Assembly: GCA_002189035.1 (NCBI GenBank)
Contig: NEEC01000012.1
Span: 2,914,001-2,978,000, forward strand
Length of the DNA stretch: 64,000 bases
Reading direction: 5' to 3'
Origin: Utricularia gibba
Lineage: Eukaryota; Plantae; Magnoliophyta
The notes beneath the pieces were generated by a model. It worked only from the letters and a program-made list of their open reading frames with translations. It did no database searches and was not told where the DNA came from. Made by a program: the position numbers and the translations under genes. Below, one piece after another: positions 62,272-64,000 of this stretch (position 1 is the first letter of the stretch; every line of letters starts with the position of its first letter).

Positions 62272-64000
62272 ATGATAAGAAAGGTGGATCTTCGGTCTGA
62301 TACGGTGACCAAACCAACCGATACCATGCGGCTTGCAATGGCAAGCGCTGAAGTGGATGATGATGTTCTGGGTCATGACCCAACTGCTGGTCGCCTTGAA
62401 AGAGAGATGGCACAAATTATGGGCAAGGAAGCAGCACTGTTTGTCCCTTCAGGCACCATGGCCAACCTTATCTGCGTGCTCACTCACTGCCAGGTCAGGG
62501 GAAGTGAAGTTATTCTAGGTGATCGGTCACATATTCACGTTTATGAAAACGGTGGGATTTCGACAATTGGAGGGGTTCATCCTAAGACACTGAAGAACAA
62601 TGAAGATGGAACTATGGATATTGACTTGATTGAAGCAGCAATACGAGATCCAACATCCCAATTTTATCCAACGACAAGGCTTATTTGCTTGGAGAACTCG
62701 CATGCACTGTGAGTAATATACTTTTTGGTTTTCATTTATGGCAAATTAGTAGATAAAACACTGAGCCTATCTCCATGTGGAATAAATCATAGACGGCTTT
62801 GGAGGGGTCAGTTCCCAAAGTTAATGTCTAGTAACTCTCCCTTTGCTGTATGGTATTGACTGCTTGGTTGCCTTGCAAAGTATGAATATTACTTTATTTT
62901 GAGACGCCAAGTTTTAGTGTATTATCTTGGTAGCATCCTAATTGTGAATGTATCTTACTGCAGTTCTGGTGGTAGATGTTTAACCGCTCAGTATACAGAT
63001 GCTGTTGGAAAACTAGCGAAGAGACATGGAATAAAGCTTCATATAGATGGGGCTCGTATCTTCAATGCATCGCAGGTGCACTTAAACTTCTTGATTCTTG
63101 AAGTTATTATGTTTTATCACACTAAACATTTTTTTCAGGCTCTTGGAGTACCAGTCAAAAGGTTGGTGGAGGCTTCTGATTCAGTAACGGTACTCCATTG
63201 CATTCTTCTAAATTTTGTGTAACCAGTGGTATGTTTCATCTGTTTTGTGATATCATTTACACTTCTGACACACATGGATGATTCAGGCGTGCCTATCAAA
63301 AGGTCTTGGTGCCCCAGCAGGTACCATCATTGCAGGTTCAGAAACCTTCATTCAGAAGGTGAATAAGCTTCCATATTTTCCTTTGATATTTGAGTTTTTA
63401 AGTACTTTAACATCCATGTATGTTGCCCCAACTCCACCTTACAGGCTAGAGTTCTTAGGAAGACATTAGGTGGTGGCATGAGGCAGATTGGTGTTCTCTG
63501 TGCTGCTGGTTTAGTAGCGTTGGATGAAAATGTAGCGAAGTTACAAAGTGATCATAAGAATGCTAAGAGCCTGGCAGGTAGTTTCTCCATTCCGGGGTCA
63601 ATGCTTACTCCATATGTAATACTTCAGATTTTGTTCATGGGGCACTTTTTCATCTCTGTCTTAGAGGGTCTGAAGAGGATCAAGGGACTGAATGTTGATT
63701 TGATGTCTGTTGAGACCAATATTGTAAGATACATCACTCTATACCTTGAATGCAAGTAACACCATTATAACCTTGTACATGCTTTCAGGTCTTCGTAGAC
63801 ATCCTAGAAGCTTCGGGTATCACTGCAGATGACTTTGTTAAAAATCTAGAAGAGTATGGCGTGTATGGAATGGCTGATGGACCATTCAGGTGCAGTTTTC
63901 TTCAGCCATGCTTCTAATGTTGAGCATACACCTGATCTTCGTTTCAGTACTTCGGTAACTGGTTATGTTGTCCTTGCTTTCCTTCCACTTTGGTAGTTAG
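62272..64000 (+). CDS. THA: Low-specificity L-threonine aldolase (3' end outside the window; possible upstream start at 61915)
   Basis: VDLRSDTVTKPT, VDDDVLGHDPT, LFVPSGTMANL, LICLENSH, LHIDGARIFNA, CLSKGLGAP (PLP lysine), RKTLGGGMRQIG, VETNI. Confidence 0.95.

Overview
Gene-dense, intron-containing nuclear DNA from a flowering plant (eudicot-like). About 23 protein-coding genes lie in 64 kb, with mostly short (about 60-110 nt) introns and short AT-rich spacers. In order: group IIc WRKY (+), eRF3 (-), secreted LEA (+), DRM3-type inactive DNA methyltransferase (-), RRP8 (+), GPI-anchored arabinogalactan protein (+), FAD oxidoreductase (+), DUF1645 (-), TOG/ARM protein (+), MLO (-), strictosidine-synthase-like (-), HMGB (+), hnRNP F/H-like (+), SAC phosphatase (-), prolyl 4-hydroxylase (-), an unrecognised 3-exon 82-aa membrane microprotein candidate (+), a conserved small CPKP/GSPP protein (-), STK11IP-like LRR protein (+), calmodulin-lysine methyltransferase (+), an intronless ethanolamine kinase (+), LpxB (-), RLT3-like DDT protein (-) and threonine aldolase (+, runs off the window). 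Eight genes are broken by an apparent single-base loss in a G or C run; this is most likely a systematic sequencing/assembly error rather than pseudogenisation. Best leads: the intronless ethanolamine kinase retrocopy, a perfect histone type I element upstream of HMGB, the LEA/DRM3 tail-to-tail pair only 78 bp apart, the microprotein, a miR156/535-like hairpin, an in-frame multi-exon N-terminal extension of threonine aldolase, and a Tourist-like MITE. No rRNA, tRNA or CRISPR array was recognised. All gene names come from motif recognition by eye; no database search was run.
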